Made by a program: the position numbers and the translations under genes. From Acidobacteriota bacterium (GTDB lineage Bacteria > Acidobacteriota > Terriglobia > Acidiferrales > 2-02-FULL-67-57): a DNA stretch of 57,283 nucleotides. Under the pieces are notes generated by a model. That model was not told where the DNA came from, did no database searches, and saw nothing but the letters and a program-made list of their open reading frames with translations. The stretch's first letter is position 1. Every line of letters starts with the position of its first letter. Of this stretch, positions 1 to 12,233 are shown one piece after another. Location of the stretch: the NCBI GenBank assembly GCA_016210855.1, contig JACQTJ010000098.1, forward strand, positions 1 through 57,283. The letters are read 5' to 3'.

Positions 1-189
1 GCGTTCAACGAAGCGCTGGATGATGCCCTTGGCCTCATCCTTGCGCCAGTTCTTGATAAAGCCGTCGTAGAAGTGCTCGCCGGCCAGGGCCCGGTTGATC
101 TCCCACTCCTTGTTGGTATCGCCCAGCTCGGTGAAATACACGACCCGATATTTCCGCGAGTAGGTGGCGTCGCGATAAATCTCGAACAT
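1..189 (-). CDS. hypothetical protein, 5' part only (gene runs off the window start)
   Basis: ATG at 189..187 on the minus strand reads MFEIYRDATYSRKYRVVYFTELGDTNKEWEINRALAGEHFYDGFIKNWRKDEAKGIIQRFVER with no stop down to position 1. Composition is coding-like. No family recognised. Confidence 0.45.
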   Translation of the reverse strand, partial: MFEIYRDATYSRKYRVVYFTELGDTNKEWEINRALAGEHFYDGFIKNWRKDEAKGIIQRFVER

Positions 190-275
190 GACCTTGTCAG
201 CTTCGAGCACAGCCTGCCTTTTTCCGCGTCCTAAAATACGGGCAAGATAACAAACGGCGGGCAAAGGGGTCAACA

Positions 276-303
276 AAAAGCCCCCCTAGGGGGGCTTTTT
301 GGT
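276..303 (-). terminator. rho-independent terminator downstream of the activase gene
   Basis: AAAAAGCCCCCC-TA-GGGGGGCTTTTTGG. G/C stem with a T-run on the minus strand (and an A/T run on the plus strand), about 50 nt after the stop at 353. Confidence 0.7.
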
Positions 304-352
304 CTTGCCCACGGAATCGGCGATGAAGGGAACTCTTCTCTGCTCTGCCGGC

Positions 353-3949
<3,597 letters not shown>

Positions 3950-3971
3950 CGGTCCGGCGTCTCTCCCGTTA

Positions 3972-5756
3972 CTAGTGGGCGGTGGTGACGCCGCCGGGTT
4001 GCGGCGTCGCTCCGGTCTTCATCAGGTCGGCCACGTGCAGGACGAAGTTGGCGGCTATGCCGATGACGCCCTTGCGCTTGGGGACCTTGTACAGCGGCCG
4101 TTGCAAGCAGTCGTGCTTCTTCACGAACCCCTGGATTTCTTCGAGGGTGTAGCCGGTCGAAGCCAAGGCCTGGGCAAACTCGCGCTTGGCCTTGACCTTG
4201 GCCTCCCCCAGGGCCATCTGCGCGCGGCTGTGGGCGTTGATTTCGCCTTCCCCCGAAGTCTCGATGGGGAGGAAGATCATGTCCTTGTAGTGGGCCACCA
4301 CGGCCGACTGGGCCCCGTCGGACTGGGTCGAAGGCATGCAGCCGAAGGGCTTGAGGGAGAGCACCATGTGGCAGATTTCCTTGTTCGAGTAGTAGATGTT
4401 CTTGGCCACTTCCAGATGCCCTTCCCCGCCGCCGGCGCGGGAGTTGTAGTAGGGGTGGCCGATACGCTGCAGCTCGTACTGGTCGGTCAGGCCGTGGGCG
4501 ACGCCGCCCAGGGCGTCCTTGATGCGGTGGTACTCGCGCCGGAAGACGGCCTCGGCAAACTTCAGGGTGGCCAGCTTCTGGTAGTAGTTGCGCTGGATGG
4601 CGAGCTTCTTGCCGATTTCCCACTTGCCGGGCAGCTCCAAGTTGTCGTCCAAGCCGCGGCGGTCCTTGGTGGCCTGCACGGCCTGGTGGAGCATGTACAT
4701 GATCCAGGTGCCGATGGGCTCGACCAGGAGCTCGGCACCCTCCCTGTGGAGGAACTGGAACATGTTGAAGTTGCCGTCGCCCTCGGTGGTCTGCGCCCAG
4801 AACTCGCCCGTGACCTTGACGATGGGCTTGACCCGGGTGCGGTCGACGTTCACCGAGTTCAGCCGCTCCCGTACGTGGTCGAGGTGGGGCAGGTACTCGT
4901 TGGCGAAGAGCTGCGAAAGGAACTTGCCCAGGTACTCGGCCGTGGGCGCTAGGCCGGCTTGGCGGACGAAGTGCGACCACGTGCCCCCATTGAGCTGCCA
5001 GGGGCGCTTGCGCTTGATGACGCTGTGCAGGTAATCCATGACTTCCTCGAGCACAGCATCGGTTTCACCGGCGTTCACTTCGTAGGGCCGGATCAGGTGG
5101 GCGACTTCGTTCACCAGGTCGCCGATGTTCAACCCGTTCAGTATTCCGAGGAAGAAATCCAGGTTCATTTCCAGCCCGGCTTCCATGTCCGACTGGCTCA
5201 AGCCGCCTGACTGCTGGAAGAGGATGACCCGGAAGCCGTCGAAGCCGGAGTTGCGCAGGGCCAGGCGATATTCGGCCTCGTACATGCCGAAACGGCAGGG
5301 GCCGCAGGCACCGGCGGTGAGAAAGATGTAGCGGTCAGCGATTTCTTTCTTCGAGAGACCCTTCTCTTCGAGCTTCTGCAGGTACTGCACCAGGTTGCCC
5401 ACGGTGAAATAGGTGGGGTTGCACTGCCCGTTGTTGCCGTACTCTTTGCCGAGCTGGAAGGCGGCCACGTCCGGGGTGGGGACGACCTCGGTCTGATAGC
5501 CCAGGCCTTCGAAGGCGGCGTGGACGAGCTTCTCGTGCTTCCAGGTCAAGCCGCCGAAGAGCAGTGTGGTGGTGCCGCGTTCGGCCTTGGTGAAGGGTCG
5601 CTCGACGGGCTTGTGGAAGTGGTGGGCCTGCTTGCGCTGAACGCCGTACTCCTTCTCCAGGCGGAGACGCTCGGCTTCCAGGCGGCGCCGAATCATCTGC
5701 TCGGTGCTCGAAATCTGCACCAGGTTGGTGTTGACGGGCTGGAAGGAAGTGCTCAT
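3972..5756 (-). CDS. 2-hydroxyacyl-CoA dehydratase D-component-like protein (594 aa)
   Basis: Family-typical motifs GNNGQCNPTYF and LTAGACGPCRFGMYEAEY. Strong SD (GAGGTGAAAGGA) before the ATG at 5756. The stop lies 22 nt upstream of the activase start. Confidence 0.8.
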   Translation of the reverse strand: MSTSFQPVNTNLVQISSTEQMIRRRLEAERLRLEKEYGVQRKQAHHFHKPVERPFTKAERGTTTLLFGGLTWKHEKLVHAAFEGLGYQTEVVPTPDVAAFQLGKEYGNNGQCNPTYFTVGNLVQYLQKLEEKGLSKKEIADRYIFLTAGACGPCRFGMYEAEYRLALRNSGFDGFRVILFQQSGGLSQSDMEAGLEMNLDFFLGILNGLNIGDLVNEVAHLIRPYEVNAGETDAVLEEVMDYLHSVIKRKRPWQLNGGTWSHFVRQAGLAPTAEYLGKFLSQLFANEYLPHLDHVRERLNSVNVDRTRVKPIVKVTGEFWAQTTEGDGNFNMFQFLHREGAELLVEPIGTWIMYMLHQAVQATKDRRGLDDNLELPGKWEIGKKLAIQRNYYQKLATLKFAEAVFRREYHRIKDALGGVAHGLTDQYELQRIGHPYYNSRAGGGEGHLEVAKNIYYSNKEICHMVLSLKPFGCMPSTQSDGAQSAVVAHYKDMIFLPIETSGEGEINAHSRAQMALGEAKVKAKREFAQALASTGYTLEEIQGFVKKHDCLQRPLYKVPKRKGVIGIAANFVLHVADLMKTGATPQPGGVTTAH

Positions 5757-6006
5757 CGTCCTTTCACCTCACGGCCGAAATTGCCAACGCCGGGCGGGGA
5801 CACACGCCTACTCGAATCTTTCTCCCTACAGCTGTGCCCGGTACACACCCTACTTCCGAGCCTAATGGTGAGGCAGCCTGGCCGGCCAGTAAACCCCTTT
5901 GCAGCGAATGGCAGGATATGTGGCCTGAATGGTGCTGAAGGAGGATGTTTTGGGGTTTAACCCGTTATCTTTCAAGCCGTTAGGGAAACTTGGAGGTGTC
6001 GGTAGG

Positions 6007-6324
6007 CTAGCTCTTCTCCAGCGCGAGAGCCTTCTTCAGGTTCCAGGTCAGCTCTGTGGAGAGTTCGGTAATCTCCATCCCTTCGGCGACGATGATTTTG
6101 CAGGAGAGTACCTGGCGGGGGGCTTCCTGGCCGCCGGGCATCTGGTAGGCGACCCGGCAGGTCTGGCACTCCTGGTTCCAGCAGAAGCGCCCGTAGGGGA
6201 TGGTTTCTGGGCTCAGGTACTGGAAGCACCGCAGGAGCATGTTCTTTTCCGGCACTTCAAAGGGTTTGCCCAGGATTTTGATTTGCACCAGGCGTTCGTA
6301 TGGCCGGAATGGACCTACGCCCAC
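6007..6324 (-). CDS. small 2Fe-2S ferredoxin-like protein (105 aa)
   Basis: GTG start preceded by GAGGGGG. Cys pattern C-x4-C-x2-C (CWNQECQTC) plus a distal Cys (LSCK). Beta-grasp-like N-terminus IKILGKPFEV. Confidence 0.6.
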   Translation of the reverse strand: MGVGPFRPYERLVQIKILGKPFEVPEKNMLLRCFQYLSPETIPYGRFCWNQECQTCRVAYQMPGGQEAPRQVLSCKIIVAEGMEITELSTELTWNLKKALALEKS

Positions 6325-6397
6325 GACGCCCCCTCAGGCAAAAACAAGAAGTGGAGTGCTCTCACCTCTCCGCTCGCCGGGTGTGGCCACCGTGAAG

Positions 6398-7342
6398 CTA
6401 GGCAAGGGCGTCGAGCAGGGGCTGGATATCGCGCCGGAAAATAGTGTCCAGCGTAGCCTGCGGCTCCTCGCTCAACACGCCTTTCTGGCGCAAGTACTCT
6501 TCGTAGGTCGGTACTTCCATCTTGAAGAAGACGCCGATGGGGAGCCGCTCGGAATCCTCCTCGGACTTGAGCAGGGCCTGGGCCTTCTTCCGCGACACTT
6601 CACCGGAATCGGAGGGGTGGTGCACGACCGGGTCGTAGTCAGTCTCTTCCAGCTTGAGCAGGCGGGACTGGCTCTTGTCCTTGCCCTCGTACCAGGTCTT
6701 GGTGTGCAGGTCGTTGTAGGTAGGGCAGGTCTGGAAGATATCGATCAGGGCGCTGCCGCGGTGGCGGATGCCCTGGGCGATGAGCTCGGCCAAATGCTTG
6801 ACGTCGAGCGCGTACCCCCGGGCCACGAAGGTGTAGCCGCAGGCCAGCCCCAGAGCCACCGGGTTGAGGGCCTCCATGATGGAGGCTTCCGACATGGACT
6901 TGGTTTTCATTCCTTTCTTGATGGTGGGCGAGGCCTGGCCCTTGGTGAGCGCATAGACGTCGTTGTTGAACACCAGGTAGGTGATGTCCAGGTTGCGGCG
7001 GCCGCCGTTGACGAAGTGCCCGGCGCCGATGCCGTAGGCGTCGCCGTCGCCGCCCACGCCAATCACGGTCAGCTTGTGGTTGGCGAGCTTGAGGCCGGTG
7101 ACCGAGGGCATCACCCGCCCGTGCAGGGTGTGGAAGCCGTAGGTGTGCATGTAGTGCGGGGTCTTGCCGGAGCAGCCGATTCCGCTCACCACCACCACCT
7201 GGTGCGGCGCCAGCTGCAGCTTGGCCAGCGCCATCTGCAAGGCGGTGACGATGCCGAAATCGCCGCAGCCCGGGCACCAGTCGTTGTGGACCTCACTCTT
7301 GAAGTCTTTGACGGTCAGCGAGGGAGCTGTAACGGTAGCCAT
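6398..7342 (-). CDS. korB: 2-oxoacid:ferredoxin oxidoreductase, beta (TPP-binding) subunit
   Basis: WCPGCGDFG, GIGCSG and GGDGD..IG motifs. SD GGAGTGGAGG. 12-nt gap after korA. Confidence 0.92.
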   Translation of the reverse strand: MATVTAPSLTVKDFKSEVHNDWCPGCGDFGIVTALQMALAKLQLAPHQVVVVSGIGCSGKTPHYMHTYGFHTLHGRVMPSVTGLKLANHKLTVIGVGGDGDAYGIGAGHFVNGGRRNLDITYLVFNNDVYALTKGQASPTIKKGMKTKSMSEASIMEALNPVALGLACGYTFVARGYALDVKHLAELIAQGIRHRGSALIDIFQTCPTYNDLHTKTWYEGKDKSQSRLLKLEETDYDPVVHHPSDSGEVSRKKAQALLKSEEDSERLPIGVFFKMEVPTYEEYLRQKGVLSEEPQATLDTIFRRDIQPLLDALA

Positions 7343-7354
7343 GCCTCCACTCCT

Positions 7355-9322
7355 TCAGCGGTTGTAGCCCGGCGGCAGCGGCACCAGGGGCGGGGCCATC
7401 CGGCCGAACTTCTCGCGCAACTCCACCAGGGCTTCGACCTGCTCGCGCCCGTAGGTCGGCCCCACCACCTTCCCTTCGGAGAGCAGGATCTCCTCCCCAG
7501 CCCCTTGCTGGGCGGCTTCGAGCCCGGCCACAATCTCATCTTCCGAAAAGGGGTGGCCGTCGTACTTGTGCACGCGATGGTGAACCTCGATCCCGGTCTT
7601 CTCCCGCACCAGGCTCGCCAGTTGGCAGGAGTAGTTCGATTCCACGCACAGCACCTTCGCGGCCCGCTTCAGCAGCCACGCCACGCGCTGGGCCGGGAAA
7701 GGATGCAGGAGGCGAATTTGCAGAAAGCTGGTGCGCTTGTGGTCGGGGTCGAACCGGGCCAGGGCGTCGAGGATGGCGCCTTTGGTCGAGCCCCAGCTCA
7801 GCACCAGCACCGGGGCGTCATCCCGTCCGACCAGGGTCAGCTTCTTCGTCTCTGGAATCTCGGCTTCGACCAGTGCCATCTTCTTCATGCGCTTGCTCAT
7901 CATGGTGAGGCGGTTGCCGATGCCCTCGGTGATGTGGCCCACCTGGTCGTGCTCGTCGCTGGTGGTCCAGAAGATGGTGCCTTCCTGGCCGGGAATGGCT
8001 CGGGGACTGATGCCGGACTGGGTGAAGCGGTAGCGGTAGTAGTCGCCGTTGCCCTGGGCGGGGTCGAACAGCTCGCCGCGGTCGATTCGCAAGCCGCTCA
8101 TGTCGAACGCCGGCAGGCTGCCGTACTGAGTGGCGAGGTGCTTGTCGAGCAGGAGGATGACCGGCAGCTGGTAGCGGTCGGCGTAGTTGAAGGCGTCGAA
8201 GGTGTCGTAGAAGCACTCGCTCAGGTCGCCCGGAGCCAGCACCATGCGGGGGATGTCGCCTTGGCCGGCGTGCAAGGCAAAGCGCAGGTCGCCCTGCTCG
8301 TGGCGGGTCGGCAAACCGGTTGAGGGGCCCCCGCGTTGGTAGAGGCAAACCACCGGCCCGGGGGCCTCGGTCATGGCGGCAAAACCCAACCCTTCCGGCA
8401 TCAGGGCAAAGCCCGGCCCGGAGGTGGAGGTGGCGGCGCGGACTCCACCATGGGCGGCCATTACCGCGGCGTCGACCGCTGAAACCTCGTCTTCCGTTTG
8501 CAGCACCACCAGGTTGTACTTGTTCTGGTGCTCTTCCAGATAGACGCTTTCGTCAGTGGCCGGGCTGATCGGGTAGTAGGTTTGCACCCCGCAGCCTGCC
8601 CTGAGCTTGGCCATGCCCACCGCCTGGTAGCCTTTGAGCATGATCTGCTTGTCGCTCGAGGCCCGCTGCGGGCGCGGGGTCGGCCTGAAGGCCAGACCCT
8701 TGAACTCTTTCTGGGCATACTCGTAGCCAAACCGGGCACAGTTCACATTGGTTTCTCCCACCCGGCGCGCCTTGCCTCCAAACCCTGACATGATGACTTC
8801 AGCCACGGGCTCGAACGGAATCCCCATCAAGCCGGCCGAGGCCCCCAGGGCAGCGGTGTTGTTCATGATGCGGTACTCGTGCGCCTGGCCGCCCTTGCCG
8901 GCCTGGGTGAGGGCCTTGCCCACCATTTCGCTGTACGGGATGGGACAAAGCTTGACCTCGCGGTTCCCCAGGCGCTCCTTGACCCGCTCCACCATCTCGG
9001 GCTCGAGCAGGATGCCGCCCCCGGCGGCCACCCGCTCCACGTGACCCCGGTGGGCCGGAAATTCGTGGTAGAGGTCGCCGAGCAGCGTCTCTTCGTCCAG
9101 GGCGGCCAGCAGGTGGACCTCATCCAGGTGAGACCGCACCGAGAAGTCAGCCACCCGCAGGCGGTAGTAGCTGTGCTTGCCCTTGATGTTGGAGTGGTAC
9201 TCGATATTGCCGAAGACGCTGTAGCCCAAACGAGACAAGGCCTTAGCCAGGATTTCGGCCCCCAGGTTGATTCCGCTCCCCTGTGGGCCGCCGATCATCC
9301 AGGAAAAGCTCGCTCCCGGCAT
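7355..9322 (-). CDS. korA: 2-oxoacid:ferredoxin oxidoreductase, fused gamma/alpha subunit
   Basis: N-terminal gamma-like module (GGPQGSGINLGAEILAKA) followed by an alpha module (YYPISPATDE, GGPSTGLPT). SD AGGGAGGA before the ATG at 9322. Confidence 0.92.
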   Translation of the reverse strand: MPGASFSWMIGGPQGSGINLGAEILAKALSRLGYSVFGNIEYHSNIKGKHSYYRLRVADFSVRSHLDEVHLLAALDEETLLGDLYHEFPAHRGHVERVAAGGGILLEPEMVERVKERLGNREVKLCPIPYSEMVGKALTQAGKGGQAHEYRIMNNTAALGASAGLMGIPFEPVAEVIMSGFGGKARRVGETNVNCARFGYEYAQKEFKGLAFRPTPRPQRASSDKQIMLKGYQAVGMAKLRAGCGVQTYYPISPATDESVYLEEHQNKYNLVVLQTEDEVSAVDAAVMAAHGGVRAATSTSGPGFALMPEGLGFAAMTEAPGPVVCLYQRGGPSTGLPTRHEQGDLRFALHAGQGDIPRMVLAPGDLSECFYDTFDAFNYADRYQLPVILLLDKHLATQYGSLPAFDMSGLRIDRGELFDPAQGNGDYYRYRFTQSGISPRAIPGQEGTIFWTTSDEHDQVGHITEGIGNRLTMMSKRMKKMALVEAEIPETKKLTLVGRDDAPVLVLSWGSTKGAILDALARFDPDHKRTSFLQIRLLHPFPAQRVAWLLKRAAKVLCVESNYSCQLASLVREKTGIEVHHRVHKYDGHPFSEDEIVAGLEAAQQGAGEEILLSEGKVVGPTYGREQVEALVELREKFGRMAPPLVPLPPGYNR

Positions 9323-9344
9323 TCCTCCCTGCCTCCGACTCAGG

Positions 9345-9409
9345 CCACAACTGTGGTTGCTTGTCCCGGCGACGCCGCGGACACAGACAGGCAGTCTACC
9401 ACAACTGTG
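9345..9409. promoter_or_regulatory. two copies of the 12-mer CCACAACTGTGG/C (5-2-5 inverted repeat) upstream of korA
   Basis: CCACAACTGTGG at 9345..9356 and CCACAACTGTGC at 9399..9410, 54 nt apart. Both lie in the 135-nt gap between the htrA stop and the korA start. Confidence 0.4.
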
Positions 9410-9457
9410 CTGAGGTCGGCGAGGGCGCCGCCTTCGGCGGGGGACAGCGAAGGCAGC

Positions 9458-10999
9458 CTACTGCGGCAGGGTGCCACCCAGATAGAGCCCGCTCCAGCCT
9501 TCCCCGGCCGGGCGCTTCAGCCAGAAGACTACGTCGCTGCCCGGTGCCAGTCGCCGCCGGATGGCGGCAAACTCGGCCCGGGTGCGCACCCGCTGGTGGT
9601 TGACCTCGAGGATGAGGTCTCGGGGCTGGAGCCCGATTTCGTCGGCAAAGCTGCCCGGCTCCACCTCCGTCACAAGCAGCCCCACCTCGTCCCGGTCGAT
9701 CCCGTAGCGCTGGGCCTGCGCGGCGCTCAACTCTTCCAAGTCCATTCCCAGCACGCTGCTTTCCGGCTCGCTCCCGCGCCCTCCCGGACTTTCCCCGAGC
9801 AAGTCGGCGAAGACTTCGCTGCGGTCTTCGACGGCAGCCGTGGTTTCCTGCTCCTTCTTGTCCCGGAGGAAACGGATCCGCACCTTCTGCCCAATCGGGG
9901 TAGTCGCTACCTTGTTCACCAGGTCGTCCCCCGCGCGGATGGGAGTGTCATCCACCTGGATGATCACATCGCCGCGGCGCAGGCCGGCCTTGTCGGCGGG
10001 ACTGCCGGGGCGCACATCTTCAATCAGCACCCCCTGGGTGGCTCCGAAGCTGCGCAGGATGGCCTCGTTCTCGCTGGCCGTGGCGCGGAAGCTGACCCCA
10101 ATCGAGCCGCGCACGATCCGCCCGTGCTTGACGATTTCGTTGTACACCTCCGCCGCCAGGTTCGACGGCAGGGCAAACCCGATCCCGGCATTGCCGCCCC
10201 ATTGCTGGGTGATGATGGCGGTGTTGATCCCAATCACCTCCCCGGCCATGTTGACCAGCGGCCCTCCCGAGTTGCCCCGATTGATGGCGGCGTCGGTCTG
10301 GATGAAGCGCTGGAACTGGGCGCGCGGCGAGAAAGACGGCCGGCCTTTGTAGCTGATGATGCCGGCCGTCACCGTGGCCTCCAGCCCGAAGGGGCTGCCA
10401 ATGGCCAGCACCCAGTCGCCTACCTGCGCGGCGTCGGAGTTGCCGATCTTGGCCGCCGGCAGCTTGCGGTCGGCCTCGATCTTCACCACCGCCACATCTG
10501 TCTCCCGGTCATGCCCCACTACCTTCCCCCGGTAGCTCTTGGTTTCGCCGGCCAGGCGCACTTCGATTTTGTCGGCCCCCTCGACCACGTGGTAGTTGGT
10601 CAGGATGTAGCCCGCCGGGTCCACAATCACCCCCGAGCCCAAGTTGCTCTCCCGGAACCGCTCCGGAGGCCCAAATTCGAAAAACCGCTCGAAGAAGTCG
10701 AACGGGTCTTGCTGCCCCGGCGACCGGCGCGGCCGCCGACCCTGGGTGGTCACCACCGACTCCGTACTGATATTGACCACTGCCGGTTCCACTTTCTTGG
10801 CCACTTCGGCAAAGAGCGACGAGAGTTGGACCGGGGACGGTATGCTCAGGGGCTGGGCTCCCCCAGCGGGGTTGTCTCGGGCGGCCCGCACGCCGTTCGA
10901 AATCAACGTGCCCAGCAGGATCCCCACCGCCAGCGTCACCAGCACAGCCAGTTGAGTCTCCCACTTCCCCCTCCACTGCCTGCGGACCTGTTTTTCCAT
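9458..10999 (-). CDS. htrA: HtrA/DegP-family serine protease with two PDZ domains
   Basis: Trypsin-like catalytic motifs (TNYHVV, DVAVVKI, GNSGGPLV) and two PDZ-like segments. Start moved to the ATG at 10999 (MEKQVRR), which has a GGGGAGGA SD. The track start at 11032 is a TTG. Confidence 0.9.
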   Translation of the reverse strand: MEKQVRRQWRGKWETQLAVLVTLAVGILLGTLISNGVRAARDNPAGGAQPLSIPSPVQLSSLFAEVAKKVEPAVVNISTESVVTTQGRRPRRSPGQQDPFDFFERFFEFGPPERFRESNLGSGVIVDPAGYILTNYHVVEGADKIEVRLAGETKSYRGKVVGHDRETDVAVVKIEADRKLPAAKIGNSDAAQVGDWVLAIGSPFGLEATVTAGIISYKGRPSFSPRAQFQRFIQTDAAINRGNSGGPLVNMAGEVIGINTAIITQQWGGNAGIGFALPSNLAAEVYNEIVKHGRIVRGSIGVSFRATASENEAILRSFGATQGVLIEDVRPGSPADKAGLRRGDVIIQVDDTPIRAGDDLVNKVATTPIGQKVRIRFLRDKKEQETTAAVEDRSEVFADLLGESPGGRGSEPESSVLGMDLEELSAAQAQRYGIDRDEVGLLVTEVEPGSFADEIGLQPRDLILEVNHQRVRTRAEFAAIRRRLAPGSDVVFWLKRPAGEGWSGLYLGGTLPQ

Positions 11000-11031
11000 A
11001 AGGGTCCTCCCCTGGATACGGCGAACCGCCA

Positions 11032-11040
11032 ATTATAACA
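11032..11040 (-). promoter_or_regulatory. extended -10 element (TGT-TATAAT) for htrA
   Basis: Minus strand reads TGTTATAAT about 25 nt upstream of the SD/ATG. The -35 region is weak and A/T-rich. Confidence 0.5.
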
Positions 11041-11075
11041 CCTTGTCGGCTCCCGAAAAATTCACTCCCTTTCTT

Positions 11076-11279
11076 GGTAGTGGGTCATTCTTGACGTTCA
11101 CGCCGTCAGGGCACGCCTTCAGGCGTGCCAACCGCCAGCTCCCGTGACGGCGGCTTCAGCCGCTGAGGTGGGGCCTCAGGGGCTAAAGCCCGTGCTTCCA
11201 GGGCAGCGCTGGCGGCAATGGCTGGAGCCATGCCCTGACGAGGCGGCTTTGTTGGCAGCATGCAAATTGTCCCACTACC
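11076..11279. mobile_element. 204-bp MITE-like non-autonomous element
   Basis: Terminal inverted repeats GGTAGTGGGTCA (11076..11087) and TGTCCCACTACC (11268..11279) match at 11 of 12 positions. They are flanked by perfect 8-bp direct repeats CCTTTCTT (11068..11075 and 11280..11287). The interior has nested inverted repeats (CGTCAGGGCA 11104.. / TGCCCTGACG 11231..) and a perfect hairpin GGCACGCC-TTCA-GGCGTGCC (11110..11129). No ORF. Confidence 0.75.
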
Positions 11280-11285
11280 CCTTTC

Positions 11286-12221
11286 TTAGACAGCTCTCCC
11301 GCCCAAAGGGTTAGCTGAGGCCGGCGCGCCGGGCAGTTCCGGTCCTGGCGGTGCCTTCAGTTCCGCCAACACCACCCCTGCCAGGATCAACCCTGCCCCC
11401 ACCAGCCCGCGCGGACCCAGGCGTTCTCCTAGAACCAAGTACGAGGTCAGCGCGGCGAACACCGACTCCAGGCTGTAGATCAGGGCGGTGTGCGTCGGCG
11501 AGGTGAGCTGCTGGGCCCAGGTCTGCACCGAGAAGGCCAGACCGGTGCCCAGAACTGCGGTCACGCCCAGGGCCAGCGCCAGCCGTCCCGTCCAAGCAAT
11601 CTCCACCTGTTCGAGACCAGTCAGACCAGCCAGCGGTACCGAGGCGGCGCTCAAAGCGAGCGCGGCCACCATCTGCCAGATGGCCAGTCCGGCAAAGCCG
11701 TGCCGCGGCACGTAATGCCCGACCGCCACGATGTGACCCGCGAAGGCTATGGTGCAGAAGAGCGTGATCATCTCGCCCCGGCCCACCGTGAACGCCCCCG
11801 CTGGCACGGTCAGCAAATAGACCCCGAGCGTTGCCGCCCCCACGCCCGCCGCCACCAAGAGTCGCACCCGTTGCCGGAAGACCGCGGCGGCAATCACCGG
11901 CACCAACACCAGCGTCCAGGCGGTGAGGAAGGCGGACTTGGCCGGTGTCGTGTACTGCAGCCCTACGGTTTGAAAGGCGAAACCCGCCCACAAAAAGGCC
12001 CCCACCAGAAACCCGGCCCGGGCCACCCCGCCCTGCCCCCATCCTCGGCGGCGGCCGAAAACCAAGAGCAGCAAGGGCGCGGCAATCGCGAACCGCAGCA
12101 GGATGAAAAGCAACGGGGAAACATCGGCGAGCGCGGCCTTGATGACGACGAAGGTGGTTCCCCAGATGAGGGTGACGCCGACCAGGGCCAAGTCGGCTTT
12201 CAGGCGGGGTGGCAGCAGCAC
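11286..12221 (-). CDS. EamA/DMT-family transporter
   Basis: About ten hydrophobic helices in two EamA-like halves (LIWGTTFVVIK...). GTG start. Confidence 0.85.
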   Translation of the reverse strand: MLLPPRLKADLALVGVTLIWGTTFVVIKAALADVSPLLFILLRFAIAAPLLLLVFGRRRGWGQGGVARAGFLVGAFLWAGFAFQTVGLQYTTPAKSAFLTAWTLVLVPVIAAAVFRQRVRLLVAAGVGAATLGVYLLTVPAGAFTVGRGEMITLFCTIAFAGHIVAVGHYVPRHGFAGLAIWQMVAALALSAASVPLAGLTGLEQVEIAWTGRLALALGVTAVLGTGLAFSVQTWAQQLTSPTHTALIYSLESVFAALTSYLVLGERLGPRGLVGAGLILAGVVLAELKAPPGPELPGAPASANPLGGRAV

Positions 12222-12233
12222 GAGCGGGCCGGG

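Noticed and set aside
6200-11038. 707-aa (6200..8323) and 719-aa (8879..11038) plus-strand ORFs
   Set aside because: They are antisense to korB/korA and htrA, all of which have unambiguous motifs and SD sequences. The shadow ORFs have no domains and a biased composition.
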